Virus record (IMG/VR): IMGVR_UViG_3300008267_000250
Coordinates: 1-64,000 of that record
Direction: 5' to 3' (one strand)
DNA from: an uncultured virus (IMG/VR IMGVR_UViG_3300008267_000250)
Taxonomy: Duplodnaviria; Heunggongvirae; Uroviricota; Caudoviricetes
Length of the DNA stretch: 64,000 bases
The position numbers and the translations under genes are program-made. The stretch's first letter is position 1, and every line of letters starts with the position of its first letter. This document shows positions 30,505 through 40,006 of the stretch, piece by piece. A model generated the notes under the pieces. It did no database searches. It saw only the letters and a list, made by a program, of their open reading frames with translations, and was not told where the DNA came from.

Positions 30505-32126
30505 TGGGTCAATTAAGTGGAAATAGTTGTAATATAATAACACTCTTACCTTTGGGTTTAGATTGTGACAGTATTGACGCCACAACACCAGACGCCACAA
30601 ATGGTATTGTGGCTTTATATATTACTGGAGGAACTTCACCCTATCACGTAAGTTGGAATAACGGTTCTCAGGGTACTTTAATAAAAAATTTAGGTCCAGG
30701 TGAGTATACCGCAACAGTGGTTGATTATTATGGTGATTTTACGGCAACAACGACTTGTACGGTAGGATTTGAAACTTTTTACTTACAAGAGTTTGAAAAT
30801 TGTGAAAATAGTAATAAAATTTATTATTTAGCCGACCTACCCTCAATATTCACCACTGGAAAAACATATGAGTTAACAACACAAACTGGATGCTGGGTTA
30901 ATAGTGGTATTACAACATATACAGGTCAAACATATCTTAATTCGTTTGCTGAAATATCTTCTGGTCCTTATGACACCTGTCAAGATTGTTTACCAGAACC
31001 AACACCACCACCAGTTTATCCAGAAAATTTATGTTTATCGTATAGTGACGGTAAAACACTTACATCAGTACAATTAAGTTCAGGTAACACAATAAATGGT
31101 TACCCGTCATGGACTGCCAACACATCGTCTATTGTTATATATTATAATACTGGTAATACTAGATGGGAAATATCTAATTGGACATTCAGTAGTGGTGAAC
31201 CAGTATTTATTAACCCAACACCACCACCAATAGGTAGTTGGACTATTTTAGGATCCTATTATGGTTCTTTAAGTATTATAGAAGGTATATGTACAGCACC
31301 ACCTCTGCGTTTAGATTTATCACCAACAAACCCTTCTTGTAATATTACAAATGATGGTTCAGTGTGGTTATACTCAATAGGAGGTATCCCACCTTATGAA
31401 TATTCAATAGATGGGGTTAATTACCAAGTAAGTAATGTTTTTGCCGGTCTAGGTTCTGGAAATTATACTTTTTATGTTAAAGATACAAATAATACTATTA
31501 CGCCATTATCAACCACACTAACACCTGAAGAAACTTTTCAAAATTATTCAATAAATTTAACACCATTAACACAAAATACCACAGTGGTCGGTGATACAGA
31601 AACTAGAACATATACGTTTAAAATTGAAGTTTCACCCGCACTACCAAATAATAAAACATTGGACTTTGTTCTATTTTTAAATAATTTACTTACTGGAAAT
31701 ACAACAACATTTTATAGTCCAATAGTTCAAACAAATCAAACACAAACTTTATCGTTCGCAACCAATGGTGTTGCATCTATGTTAGGTCCTACAAGCACTA
31801 GTACACCTCAAATAGTAACAACACCTAAATCTTTACCATGTAGAAATACTGACATAAACACAACGGCGTACACACAAAATTATCAAGGAAGTATTACCGG
31901 TAACGCAACAATCGTCGGAACGTTAACACAACAACTTAAAACACCTAGTGTTTCATATGAGAAACACAGATGTGGATTAAATGCTGGAATTAAAAATGTA
32001 TTTGGTATGACTAACCAAAATTTAACCCCTTCCGATTGTTCATACTTAAATAGTGCAGTCCAGCCAATAACTTATGAGTTTTATAAAACAGGTAATACTG
32101 GAGCCGGATTAAGTGCACTTGCATAA
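30504..32126 (+). CDS. SprB-repeat putative virion protein
   Basis: NGIVALYITGGTSPY.VSWNNG...L.PGEYTATVVD and PSC...DGSV...GG.PPYEYSIDG...F.GL..G.YTFYVKD SprB-like units. Confidence 0.65.
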   Translation: MGQLSGNSCNIITLLPLGLDCDSIDATTPDATNGIVALYITGGTSPYHVSWNNGSQGTLIKNLGPGEYTATVVDYYGDFTATTTCTVGFETFYLQEFENCENSNKIYYLADLPSIFTTGKTYELTTQTGCWVNSGITTYTGQTYLNSFAEISSGPYDTCQDCLPEPTPPPVYPENLCLSYSDGKTLTSVQLSSGNTINGYPSWTANTSSIVIYYNTGNTRWEISNWTFSSGEPVFINPTPPPIGSWTILGSYYGSLSIIEGICTAPPLRLDLSPTNPSCNITNDGSVWLYSIGGIPPYEYSIDGVNYQVSNVFAGLGSGNYTFYVKDTNNTITPLSTTLTPEETFQNYSINLTPLTQNTTVVGDTETRTYTFKIEVSPALPNNKTLDFVLFLNNLLTGNTTTFYSPIVQTNQTQTLSFATNGVASMLGPTSTSTPQIVTTPKSLPCRNTDINTTAYTQNYQGSITGNATIVGTLTQQLKTPSVSYEKHRCGLNAGIKNVFGMTNQNLTPSDCSYLNSAVQPITYEFYKTGNTGAGLSALA

Positions 32127-32152
32127 AATACTAATAATTATATTTATATTAT

Positions 32153-34159
32153 ATGTCATACATAATCAAAAATACCGCAGCACTAATTAATACTAAAATA
32201 ACCGATGCTGCCAGAAAAAAAATATCACAAGGTAAGTTTGATATTTCTTACTTCCAAGTAGGTGATAGTGAAGTTTGTTATGACTGTATAAATAATATGA
32301 ATTTAAATGATTCATTTGTGTTGATGCCACAGGATAATTCACAAAACTTATCACCGGTACCCGAAAAAAACAGAATGAATATTAAGTATCCATTATTTTT
32401 GGATTCAACTTCAGGTGCAACATACGGGGTTCCTTTTGATGCGTCCTATATTGATAACGTTTACAATAGTGCCGCCCCTAGAGGATTTTTTAGTGGTAAT
32501 AGTGTAAGTGGTTTTACATTACTTACAACTTCAGCATACACAATTAACCCAAATTTTGTTGTTGATAACACAACTCTAACATCTGGAACCATTTTAACTT
32601 TATCTGCAACTTCCATTAACCCATCAGTTTCTGGTACTGCAAATGTCGGATCAATCATAACTTTATTTACCCAAAACTCAATCCAACCTTTAAGCGGTAA
32701 TTCACCAATGTTTACTTTTGTAGTTGTTGGAATTACCGGTGACACGTCAACTGGCTCAACCATAACGGTTCAAGTGGATAGAAATTTACCGGATTTCACA
32801 TCTTTAGGTTATAGTGGAAATAGTAGTGTGATTTTTTATCCATCTAGTATGACTGAATTATATGATTCATACACCCCAGAACCTTATTGGAATACTGACG
32901 CGTTTAATTTTGAGTCAAATTGTGACATTTCACAAGCCGATGTAAAAGTTTGGAATATGAATTCACCGTGGACTGAATCACCGGCTGGAATATTTAATAC
33001 GACATATCAAGATTATAATTTTTACGCTTCAAGCGGTTATTGTGGATCAAAAGAGTATTTTGGTTATAATGAGTCTGGTGGTCAAACTGATACTGATAGA
33101 GTTTATTACCACAATAGTTTTTCTGAAGAAATAATCGTACCACCAGCATCTGGTTTTACATCATTGGACTTGTTTGAAGTACATTATATTAAAAGTAAAA
33201 AAGATATTCAATTTAATAGTCCTGGGTTAAGATACTATCATTTATGGGATACACATGCTAATGTAAATGGGTACCCAAATAGAGTTGGTAAAGTGTTTCC
33301 AGATTATAAAATGATTATTTTTGATGATGAAGAAATTGTGGCAACACTAAATTCAAAATCAAATAGAAGTTGGACATTACCAGCACCAAAGTTAGGACTT
33401 GTTACACCAAATACATTCAATGGTGTTTTGGGTGGAACTACCGGATTACTTAGTGGAAGTAGTGAAACGTTGTTTTTAACGTATAGGTTAAATAGTTCGG
33501 CGTTCACAAATTCACTCCACTGTAATTATTATACAACAATTTCAGGTAATGATCAAAGTTTACTTCCTGGACCTTCAGATATAATTATAAGATTTGGAAA
33601 CGAATTTCCATTTTTAACCTCAACATTTGGAACTTCACCTTCTGGTTTTTCGGCCAATGATATAACAATACTGGCTCAGAAAGTACCTAGTGGAACATCA
33701 AGACCAGACACCACACAATGGAGAGAAATAAATATTTCAGACCAATATTCCGCCACAACATCTGGAGGATATTTAACCCTTAATAGTTTAACCGGTGTAA
33801 CATATCAGATTACCAAAAATATGTATGATACAGCACCAATTTATCAATTAACGAACTATTTGGATATTCCGGTATTGAATCAAACTGGCGTGACCTTTAA
33901 TTTTGGTGGTGACTATTATTTCTTTGGTAACATTCAAACAGACATTCAAGCAACCATTTATGTTATGAATTTCTTATGTAACTTAGGTCAAACTCAGTTT
34001 TTTGATTCATCAAATCCAACATGGAACGGAACAACTTCACCTTATATTACGGAAGTTGGACTTTACAATGCTGATAAAGAACTTATGGTTATATCTAAGA
34101 TACAGTCACCCCAAAAAAGACAGGGAATTCAACAGTATCCTATTAAATTAGATTTTTAA
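32153..34159 (+). CDS. Tail fibre attachment/collar-like protein (DUF3751 / P2 gpH N-terminal-like motifs)
   Basis: N-terminal ITDAARKKISQG...YFQVGD and C-terminal YITEVGLYN....LM.ISK. Confidence 0.55.
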   Translation: MSYIIKNTAALINTKITDAARKKISQGKFDISYFQVGDSEVCYDCINNMNLNDSFVLMPQDNSQNLSPVPEKNRMNIKYPLFLDSTSGATYGVPFDASYIDNVYNSAAPRGFFSGNSVSGFTLLTTSAYTINPNFVVDNTTLTSGTILTLSATSINPSVSGTANVGSIITLFTQNSIQPLSGNSPMFTFVVVGITGDTSTGSTITVQVDRNLPDFTSLGYSGNSSVIFYPSSMTELYDSYTPEPYWNTDAFNFESNCDISQADVKVWNMNSPWTESPAGIFNTTYQDYNFYASSGYCGSKEYFGYNESGGQTDTDRVYYHNSFSEEIIVPPASGFTSLDLFEVHYIKSKKDIQFNSPGLRYYHLWDTHANVNGYPNRVGKVFPDYKMIIFDDEEIVATLNSKSNRSWTLPAPKLGLVTPNTFNGVLGGTTGLLSGSSETLFLTYRLNSSAFTNSLHCNYYTTISGNDQSLLPGPSDIIIRFGNEFPFLTSTFGTSPSGFSANDITILAQKVPSGTSRPDTTQWREINISDQYSATTSGGYLTLNSLTGVTYQITKNMYDTAPIYQLTNYLDIPVLNQTGVTFNFGGDYYFFGNIQTDIQATIYVMNFLCNLGQTQFFDSSNPTWNGTTSPYITEVGLYNADKELMVISKIQSPQKRQGIQQYPIKLDF

Positions 34160-34162
34160 ATT

Positions 34163-34768
34163 ATGGCGGAAAAAAAGGATTTGAAGAACTCACCAAAAGT
34201 TCTTGGATTGGACGTTTCAACCCGTACAATTGGTTGGGCACTTTTTGATATTAAATCACAAGAGTTATTGGAATTAACACATTTTTCACCGGTTATTAAA
34301 CCAAAACCGGAGAATAAAATTGAAGAACTCATTTTAAAAGTTAAAGCTTTTGAAGAAAAACTTTATGGGTATACCAATTTGGGTATTACAAGTGTGGTAA
34401 TTGAGGAACCATTATTAAACTCAAACAACACTTGGACTGTCGGTACCTTACTTAGATATAATTCAATGATTACAAAATCCATTTATGATATTTTGGGTAT
34501 TGTCCCATCCTTTATTTCAACTTATAATTCAAGAAAATTTGCTTGGCCACAACTTGTTCAACAAAACGATAAGGGTAAACACGTTTTATTTGGTGGACTT
34601 CCAAAAGATATTGATAAAAAAGAAATAATTTGGAAAAAAGTATCCGAAAAAGAACCTCAAATTAAATGGTTATATACCAAAAATAACACCCTTAAAAAGG
34701 AGTGTTTTGATATGGCCGATTCATACACTTGCGTGTTGGGTTATATGAAACAAGAAAATATTTGGTAA
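34163..34768 (+). CDS. RuvC-like Holliday junction resolvase
   Basis: VLGLDVSTRTIGWA, VVIEEP and C-terminal DMADS form the RNase H-fold catalytic motifs. Confidence 0.75.
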   Translation: MAEKKDLKNSPKVLGLDVSTRTIGWALFDIKSQELLELTHFSPVIKPKPENKIEELILKVKAFEEKLYGYTNLGITSVVIEEPLLNSNNTWTVGTLLRYNSMITKSIYDILGIVPSFISTYNSRKFAWPQLVQQNDKGKHVLFGGLPKDIDKKEIIWKKVSEKEPQIKWLYTKNNTLKKECFDMADSYTCVLGYMKQENIW

Positions 34769-34808
34769 GAAATTTGTTTTTTTAATTATTATTCCTTAAC
34801 TTAGCTTT

Positions 34809-35729
34809 ATGAAAGAAGAGTCACTACTAGTTGACCTTATTGAAAATATATTTGGTGAACCCAAAAGTTTAAATGAATATAGTGGTCAAATTTCTGTTGA
34901 TTGTCCGGTTTGTTCCTATGAGATAAAAGGGTTATCAAAAACTGACGGTAAGGGTAATCTAGAAATAAATTATATTAATCACATTTACCACTGCTGGTCC
35001 TGTGGGGAGACACACGGAACTCACGGACATTTAGGAAAATTAATAGACCAATTCGGATCCAAAAAAGATAAAAAAACATATAACCTCATCAGACCAGACA
35101 AGGTTGAAAAAAAACAAAAGGAGTACAAAAAGTTAGAACTACCAAAAGAGTATAAACGTTTTGAAGATATTCATCCTTTACATTTACCCAGAAAAGAAGC
35201 ATTAAATTACCTTAAAAAAAGAGGTATCACACAAGAAATCATTGATAAGTATAAAATTGGTATTTGTATGGAAGGTGACTACGCTGGTCGTGTTATTGTG
35301 CCGTCATTTAATAAAAAAGGTGAATTAAACTTTTTTGTATCAAGATCATGGAACCCAAGAGCAAAACTAAAATACAAAAATCCAGAAGCCGCAAAAGATT
35401 TTCTTATATTTAACGAAAGTTTAATTGATTGGAAAAAAGATATATACCTTGTTGAAGGTGTTTTTGATTCATTTTTCTTGGATAACTCAATTGCTTTACT
35501 TGGAAAATATGTAAATGACAACTTATGGGAAAAACTTTATACAAAAGCCAAAAAAGATATTATTGTTTGTTTGGATGGTGATGCTTTTTTGGATGCCAAA
35601 AACATATATGACAAACTTAACGGAGGTACATTATATGGTAGGGTAAAACTAATGAAACTACCAAAGGACAAAGACGTTTGTGACCTCAGAGGTGAAATTA
35701 ATCAATATTTAATAGAAGAAAAAGAATGA
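34809..35729 (+). CDS. DNA primase (Zn finger + TOPRIM)
   Basis: CPVC...CWSC zinc finger, YLKKRGI, LVEGVFD, CLDGDA, DKDVCD. Confidence 0.85.
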   Translation: MKEESLLVDLIENIFGEPKSLNEYSGQISVDCPVCSYEIKGLSKTDGKGNLEINYINHIYHCWSCGETHGTHGHLGKLIDQFGSKKDKKTYNLIRPDKVEKKQKEYKKLELPKEYKRFEDIHPLHLPRKEALNYLKKRGITQEIIDKYKIGICMEGDYAGRVIVPSFNKKGELNFFVSRSWNPRAKLKYKNPEAAKDFLIFNESLIDWKKDIYLVEGVFDSFFLDNSIALLGKYVNDNLWEKLYTKAKKDIIVCLDGDAFLDAKNIYDKLNGGTLYGRVKLMKLPKDKDVCDLRGEINQYLIEEKE

Positions 35730-36583
35730 ATTTAAAAGAAATAGCCCAAGATATAAGAAATATCTTATCCAAAAGAAGAAATGAGTTAAATTTAACTTTT
35801 GAAGAAGAAGGTCACGAGTATACAATGACAGACGTGGATGGAACGTTGAGAAAGGATTTTCCATCAGTGTCAAAGGTTATGAAACTATTTTATGATGAGT
35901 TTCCAACCGAAGAAGCTGCCAGAAATAAAGCAAAGGGCGATCCATATGTTATGCAAACATTATTGGAGGAATGGGCTGAATCTGGTAGAATTTCAACAAA
36001 TATGGGTAGTAGAGTCCATTACGAATTGGAACTTGAAACATTAAAAAGACATAACCTAAAAAAGGTCGTCCGTCAACCGATTTACGAATGTGATATGGAT
36101 ATGATTATGAAGGGTGACCGAATGATCAAAGCCGGATATAGATTTTTAAAATTAATGGAAGAAAGGGGTGCGGTATTAATTGATACTGAAATCGTATTGG
36201 GTGACCCGGAGTTTGGTTATGTTGGGCAAGGTGATACCTGTTGGATCATAATGAACAAACAAAAAACTGGTTTCGGTTTTATAATAACGGATTATAAAAC
36301 AAATAAGAAGAAAAATATGGAAACCAACGATTTCACAAAACCAATGAGAGACCCCTTTAAATACTTACCAAATAATGCTTTAGGTCACTACAATACTCAG
36401 TTACCTTTATATGGGAAATTGTTACTTAAAATGTTAAAGGGCACCAAATATGAAAATATTCCATTACTTGGATGTATCATTGTTCACTTAACCGACGAAC
36501 AAGAATTTGTTGAACATAGAGTGGACAGAAAGGTAATTGACACCATTTTAAATATGGACATTAAACAACGTTTGACAAATTAA
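35726..36583 (+). CDS. PD-(D/E)XK superfamily exonuclease
   Basis: PSVSKV, GSRVH, E...G..D...DYKT, Y..QL.LY motifs. Confidence 0.75.
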   Translation: MNLKEIAQDIRNILSKRRNELNLTFEEEGHEYTMTDVDGTLRKDFPSVSKVMKLFYDEFPTEEAARNKAKGDPYVMQTLLEEWAESGRISTNMGSRVHYELELETLKRHNLKKVVRQPIYECDMDMIMKGDRMIKAGYRFLKLMEERGAVLIDTEIVLGDPEFGYVGQGDTCWIIMNKQKTGFGFIITDYKTNKKKNMETNDFTKPMRDPFKYLPNNALGHYNTQLPLYGKLLLKMLKGTKYENIPLLGCIIVHLTDEQEFVEHRVDRKVIDTILNMDIKQRLTN

Positions 36584-36606
36584 TCTATTTTAATTATATT
36601 TCAATT

Positions 36607-36696
36607 ATGGAGAAAAATATAACTTTAGCTTGGTGGTACAACACCACTTGGGACAATCAAATCGGTAAAATAAACGTAAATTATATAATAAAATGA
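36607..36696 (+). CDS. Small ORF, 29 aa (MEKNITLAWWYNTTWDNQIGKINVNYIIK)
   Basis: Not in the ORF track; fills the gap and ends in an ATGA overlap with the ORF at 36693. Confidence 0.45.
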   Translation: MEKNITLAWWYNTTWDNQIGKINVNYIIK

Positions 36697-36941
36697 AACT
36701 TTACATGACAAAAACCTATCAGGTTTATGAATCTTATGGTCCAATTGAAATTAATCCGGAGGACTATCCGGAACTTGAAGGAAAAACAGAACAAGAAATC
36801 GTTGAATATTTCAACGAAATTATGTACGATGAGAACATCAAAGATGGGTCTGAAGAAACCTTGGCTGACGAATTTCAGTTCAACACGGAAATGATTAAAC
36901 AAAAAATCTCTAATGAGGAAGAAGAAATCGTAAATTATTAA
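36693..36941 (+). CDS. Acidic hypothetical protein
   Basis: 82-aa ORF in operon. Confidence 0.6.
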   Translation: MKLYMTKTYQVYESYGPIEINPEDYPELEGKTEQEIVEYFNEIMYDENIKDGSEETLADEFQFNTEMIKQKISNEEEEIVNY

Positions 36942-36943
36942 TT

Positions 36944-37156
36944 ATGGATGAAATTATTAAACCAAAAATCAATTTAAGAGAACAACCAACAGTTGAATGT
37001 GAAAAATGTAAGTCAACTTATTTTAAGGAGGTTGTCATCTTAAAAAAAGTACCGAAATTACTAACTGGAAGTCATGAGGATAGCATTGTTCCGTTTCCGA
37101 CTTATATGTGTAATGAGTGTGGAAATATAAATGAGGAATTTAAACTATTTGACTAA
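36944..37156 (+). CDS. Small Zn-ribbon protein
   Basis: CEKC...CNECG. Confidence 0.65.
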   Translation: MDEIIKPKINLREQPTVECEKCKSTYFKEVVILKKVPKLLTGSHEDSIVPFPTYMCNECGNINEEFKLFD

Positions 37157-37157
37157 T

Positions 37158-38852
37158 ATGAATAAGAAAGCGATAGTCGTATATGTAGATAATTCCAATA
37201 TTATGGAAATAGAATTTTCATGGTTATACAAAACCTGGAAACTTTATTCATTGGACGAAGAGTACGATTTGGTTGTATATCACAATCCAGAAGCTAAACA
37301 TATTGTTGATAAGTTTGTGGACATTATTACAGTGGAAATGCCAAACATCAGACATTCCGAAAATTATAAGTTTTTAAACTCATTGTATTTTTGTTTGGAT
37401 GAATGGTCACAACCCTTAAAAAAGTATGATTATATTTTAAAAACGGATTGTGACGTGTTTTTAACTGAGAATCTTAAAAACTATACACCGAATAAGTTAT
37501 GTGTCGGTCAGGGAGGTTTTTATGATGCGACAGATGAACGAAAAACAAACTACATCAAACACTTATCAAAAAAACTTGGATTAAATTATAAAAGTATTTC
37601 ACTTGTTGGTGCTTCATTTTATGGAAAAACAAGTACGGTTCTACCGGTTGTTAAAAGGATTGCTGAAATAACAGAATATATTCTAATTAATGAATCCAAA
37701 ACACAAGAGTTCAAAGATTCGGGATTTAAAATGGGTGTCGCATCAATGATAGCGGGAGAAGTTTTTATAAATTACGCATTCACTACCCAACACTTGAATT
37801 TATGGGTACTTGATAGTAAATGTTGGCAAACAACAAAGATTGGATCAGATGTGTTACATATTCATGCATGGCATACTGACCAACAATGGTCCAAACACGC
37901 ATTTTTCAGACAAGAATATAATGACTGGAAAGTAAATGATGAAGATGTGTTTAAAAGTGTTGCAAATTATTGTCAATGGATTGCTACCTTACCTTTTTAC
38001 AAGTTAATTGAGTATAAAGAAAAATATAAAAATGGTCAGTTGGAAATTGATTACGACTTGTTCACCGAACATAAAAGAGAGTGTACGTTTACAAATGATT
38101 CAAACGTTAAAGTGTTGTTACCGGATCATCAATATTCCAATATTTTTGCAACAAGAAATAATCACGAGGTATTGTTTAGAAAAATACACGCATTTTTAAT
38201 TGATAAGGGTTACATCAAAAACAACATTATTGACTTGGGTGCTTGGATCGGTGATAATTCAATTCCTTGGGCAAAAAGAGTTGATGGTACCATATTTTCA
38301 ATTGATCCATCAGATAACAATTGTACATTTATCAGAGAACTCGTTAAATTGAATAAAATCAATAATTTAAAAATTATTCAAAAGGCAATATCTGAAACAA
38401 ACAAAACAATTTCCACACAACTTGAATATGGTGAAAATTTACATCATTGTAAGTTTGTTGATGACGAGTCCGGAAAAACAAAAATAGAATCCGTTAGCTT
38501 GGATTATTTACACCAAATTAATGAAATATATGATATTGGTTACATTCACCTAGATGTTGAAGGATTAGAGTTTAATGTTGTTAGAGGTTGTGTTGAGGTT
38601 ATCAACAAATATAAACCACTTTTAACTTTTGAACAACACCTTAATACGGATGATTATGTTGGGTTGTCAAACTTTATGATTGATTTGGGTTATGAAGTAC
38701 ATATGATAAATGAAACCTTACCGGGATGTTTACCAGATTGTAGAAACTTTTTATGTGTACCGACTGAACAAAAGGAAATAATAAATGAAGTGATTAATCA
38801 CTTTAACAACGAAGAAATATTAATTAATTTTAACGAATTACAATGGAAATAG
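37158..38852 (+). CDS. Fusion of a glycosyltransferase-like (DxD) domain and an FkbM-family SAM methyltransferase
   Basis: N-terminal YDYILKTDCDVF; C-terminal IIDLGAWIGDNS, SLD and IHLDVEGLEFNVVRG FkbM motifs. ATG at 37158 follows the upstream stop. Confidence 0.7.
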   Translation: MNKKAIVVYVDNSNIMEIEFSWLYKTWKLYSLDEEYDLVVYHNPEAKHIVDKFVDIITVEMPNIRHSENYKFLNSLYFCLDEWSQPLKKYDYILKTDCDVFLTENLKNYTPNKLCVGQGGFYDATDERKTNYIKHLSKKLGLNYKSISLVGASFYGKTSTVLPVVKRIAEITEYILINESKTQEFKDSGFKMGVASMIAGEVFINYAFTTQHLNLWVLDSKCWQTTKIGSDVLHIHAWHTDQQWSKHAFFRQEYNDWKVNDEDVFKSVANYCQWIATLPFYKLIEYKEKYKNGQLEIDYDLFTEHKRECTFTNDSNVKVLLPDHQYSNIFATRNNHEVLFRKIHAFLIDKGYIKNNIIDLGAWIGDNSIPWAKRVDGTIFSIDPSDNNCTFIRELVKLNKINNLKIIQKAISETNKTISTQLEYGENLHHCKFVDDESGKTKIESVSLDYLHQINEIYDIGYIHLDVEGLEFNVVRGCVEVINKYKPLLTFEQHLNTDDYVGLSNFMIDLGYEVHMINETLPGCLPDCRNFLCVPTEQKEIINEVINHFNNEEILINFNELQWK

Positions 38853-38989
38853 GAAAAATGACCATAAGTGAAGCGTATCCACACCTTAGAGTTGTTGCTC
38901 TCACTTACGGATTGAATTTAAATAGAGCACGGGAGTTTAAATTTGCCAGAATAATATTGGCTAACTTATATAGTAGAGAATTAGTATGA
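38843..38989 (+). CDS. Small ORF, 48 aa (MEIGKMTISEAYPHL...)
   Basis: Not in the ORF track; overlaps the upstream stop and ends in an ATGA overlap with 38986. Confidence 0.55.
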   Translation: MEIGKMTISEAYPHLRVVALTYGLNLNRAREFKFARIILANLYSRELV

Positions 38990-39234
38990 CACACAAGGAA
39001 TTTTTTGTCTGGCTTGAAGGTTTCATGACCAACAGAGATTGGACAACTATTAAACAAGTTGATATTGAGGTTATTCAAGAAAAAATGAAAGAAGTTAAGG
39101 ACGAACCAAAATTTGGAATTACGGAACCATATAGAACAATACCAATGCCGGTTAACCCATTTCCCAAAAATGACGACCCCTTTAAACCACCATACGAAAT
39201 ATATTGTAACAATAAAACTCAATTAAATGATTAA
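38986..39234 (+). CDS. Hypothetical protein
   Basis: 82 aa; MT..EF..WL.GF start typical of small phage proteins. Confidence 0.6.
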   Translation: MTHKEFFVWLEGFMTNRDWTTIKQVDIEVIQEKMKEVKDEPKFGITEPYRTIPMPVNPFPKNDDPFKPPYEIYCNNKTQLND

Positions 39235-40006
39235 AACATTAGTTCATTTTTCAGATCTTCATCTAAGATTATTTAAAGATCACGACTTATATCGGTTAAT
39301 TTTGACTGATATGTTAAACCAATTTAAGGAAATTAAACCTGATAGGGTCGTATTTACTGGTGACCTAGTTCACAGTAAGAACCAATTAACACCTGAGCTT
39401 ATAGAAATAGTAAGTTGGTTGTTAAATGAATGTTCCAAAATTACAAAAACAATTATAATACCAGGTAACCATGATTTTTTAACCAATAATACGGATAGGT
39501 TAGATGCGTTATCTCCGATTATTGATTCATTAAATAATAAAAACATCGTCTATTATAAGGATCGTGGCGTATACGAGGATGAAAATGTTAGCTGGTGTGT
39601 TTATTCACAATTCCAAGGAAATATTCCACCAGACATTAATGAAGCGAAGGGGGCTAAAATAGGTTTATTCCACGGTCCAATTCAAGGTATGACAACTGAC
39701 CTAGGTTATGACTTTGGTGACCACGCATATGACATTGAAAAATTCAATGGTTTAGACACACTTCTATGCGGAGATATTCACAAGAGACAGGAATTTAATT
39801 TCAAAACCGGTAAAGGATTTATGATTGGTAGTACCGTAGCCCAGAACTATGGTGAATCGGTAACCAAGCACGGATATGGGATTTATGACATTGAAACGAA
39901 GGAATATAAGTATGTGGACTTACACAATCCAAAACCATTTCTAAAGTTCACAATTAGTTCATTTAAGGATATTGAAAATGGAACCGAACTACTCAAAAAT
40001 CTTTAA
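39227..40006 (+). CDS. sbcD: SbcD/Mre11/gp47-like metallophosphoesterase nuclease
   Basis: SDLH, TGDLVH, PGNHD, FHG, GDIH and GS..QNYGE motifs. Confidence 0.85.
   Translation: MIKTLVHFSDLHLRLFKDHDLYRLILTDMLNQFKEIKPDRVVFTGDLVHSKNQLTPELIEIVSWLLNECSKITKTIIIPGNHDFLTNNTDRLDALSPIIDSLNNKNIVYYKDRGVYEDENVSWCVYSQFQGNIPPDINEAKGAKIGLFHGPIQGMTTDLGYDFGDHAYDIEKFNGLDTLLCGDIHKRQEFNFKTGKGFMIGSTVAQNYGESVTKHGYGIYDIETKEYKYVDLHNPKPFLKFTISSFKDIENGTELLKNL

Noticed and set aside
17800..33160. Suspected in-frame internal deletions near 17835 and 33140 (abrupt-looking junctions)
   Set aside because: Reading frames are intact, and nothing can be shown without homolog alignment or read mapping.
34163..34768. TnpB/Cas12-like RuvC effector
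   Set aside because: Only 201 aa, with no Zn finger or REC region and no associated RNA or IS ends; context fits a resolvase.
35726..36583. Cas4 / CRISPR-associated nuclease
   Set aside because: It lacks the four-Cys Fe-S cluster pattern and has no array or other cas genes nearby; treated as a generic PD-(D/E)XK exonuclease.
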